From positions 1,984,001 through 2,048,000 of the forward strand of contig OU015569.1 in the NCBI GenBank assembly GCA_907165135.1: DNA of 64,000 bases, given 5' to 3'. Position 1 is the first letter of the stretch, and every line of letters begins with the position of its first letter. Of this stretch, positions 63,921-64,000 are shown in pieces. Source of the DNA: Oikopleura dioica (taxonomy: Eukaryota > Animalia > Chordata). The notes under the pieces were generated by a model. That model had not been told where the DNA came from, searched no databases, and worked only from the letters and a program-made list of their open reading frames with translations. Both the position numbers and the translations under genes were made by a program.

Positions 63921-63978
63921 TTTTCAAATTTGAAAGCTGCGTCGTTCTCGGAGAGAGTTTTGCCAAAGGTTTCGCGCC
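63921..63978 (-). promoter_or_regulatory. Candidate cell-cycle promoter elements: E2F-type site and CHR-like TTTGAA just upstream of the GLEBS gene ATG
   Basis: TTTCGCGCC at 63970-63978. Palindromic TTTCAAATTTGAAA at about 63922-63935. These short motifs have not been shown to function. Confidence 0.3.
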
Positions 63979-64000
63979 GATTGATTCATAGATTTGGGTT

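Noticed and set aside
1-64000. tRNA, rRNA, 5S/SL RNA genes, LTR or LINE elements
   Set aside because: No cloverleaf/T-loop context, rRNA signature or RT/integrase motif was recognised by eye. A tRNAscan/Infernal/RepeatMasker run would be decisive.

Overview
Very compact, gene-dense (~25 genes in 64 kb) eukaryotic genomic DNA from an animal. Most introns are 35-60 nt and several are GA-AG. Many ATGs have an AG acceptor a few nt upstream, and same-strand genes are packed tens to a few hundred bp apart. This combination points to an appendicularian tunicate such as Oikopleura dioica with SL trans-spliced operons (inference, no database used). Recognisable genes: an 11-TM polycystin-1-like gene with a cbEGF ectodomain, a ShKT/kelch-like secreted protein, a Thr-rich secreted protein, an eLOTUS-only protein, a FLYWCH-like zinc-finger protein, NAALADase/PSMA, a CLC-6/7-type exchanger, CZIB, ELMOD, SDHB, UBE2M, ACTR2, TARBP1, NDUFV1, DYNC2LI1, ELOC, TANGO6, AMBRA1, a Tudor protein, an intron-split PRD-like homeobox gene missed by the ORF track, and a coiled-coil protein carrying a Nup98-type GLEBS domain without FG repeats. 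A TA-flanked Tc1/mariner-pogo-type MITE lies in intron 1 of the polycystin gene. No tRNA, rRNA or CRISPR was recognised. Exon structures were assembled by eye, so gene ends are approximate where stated.
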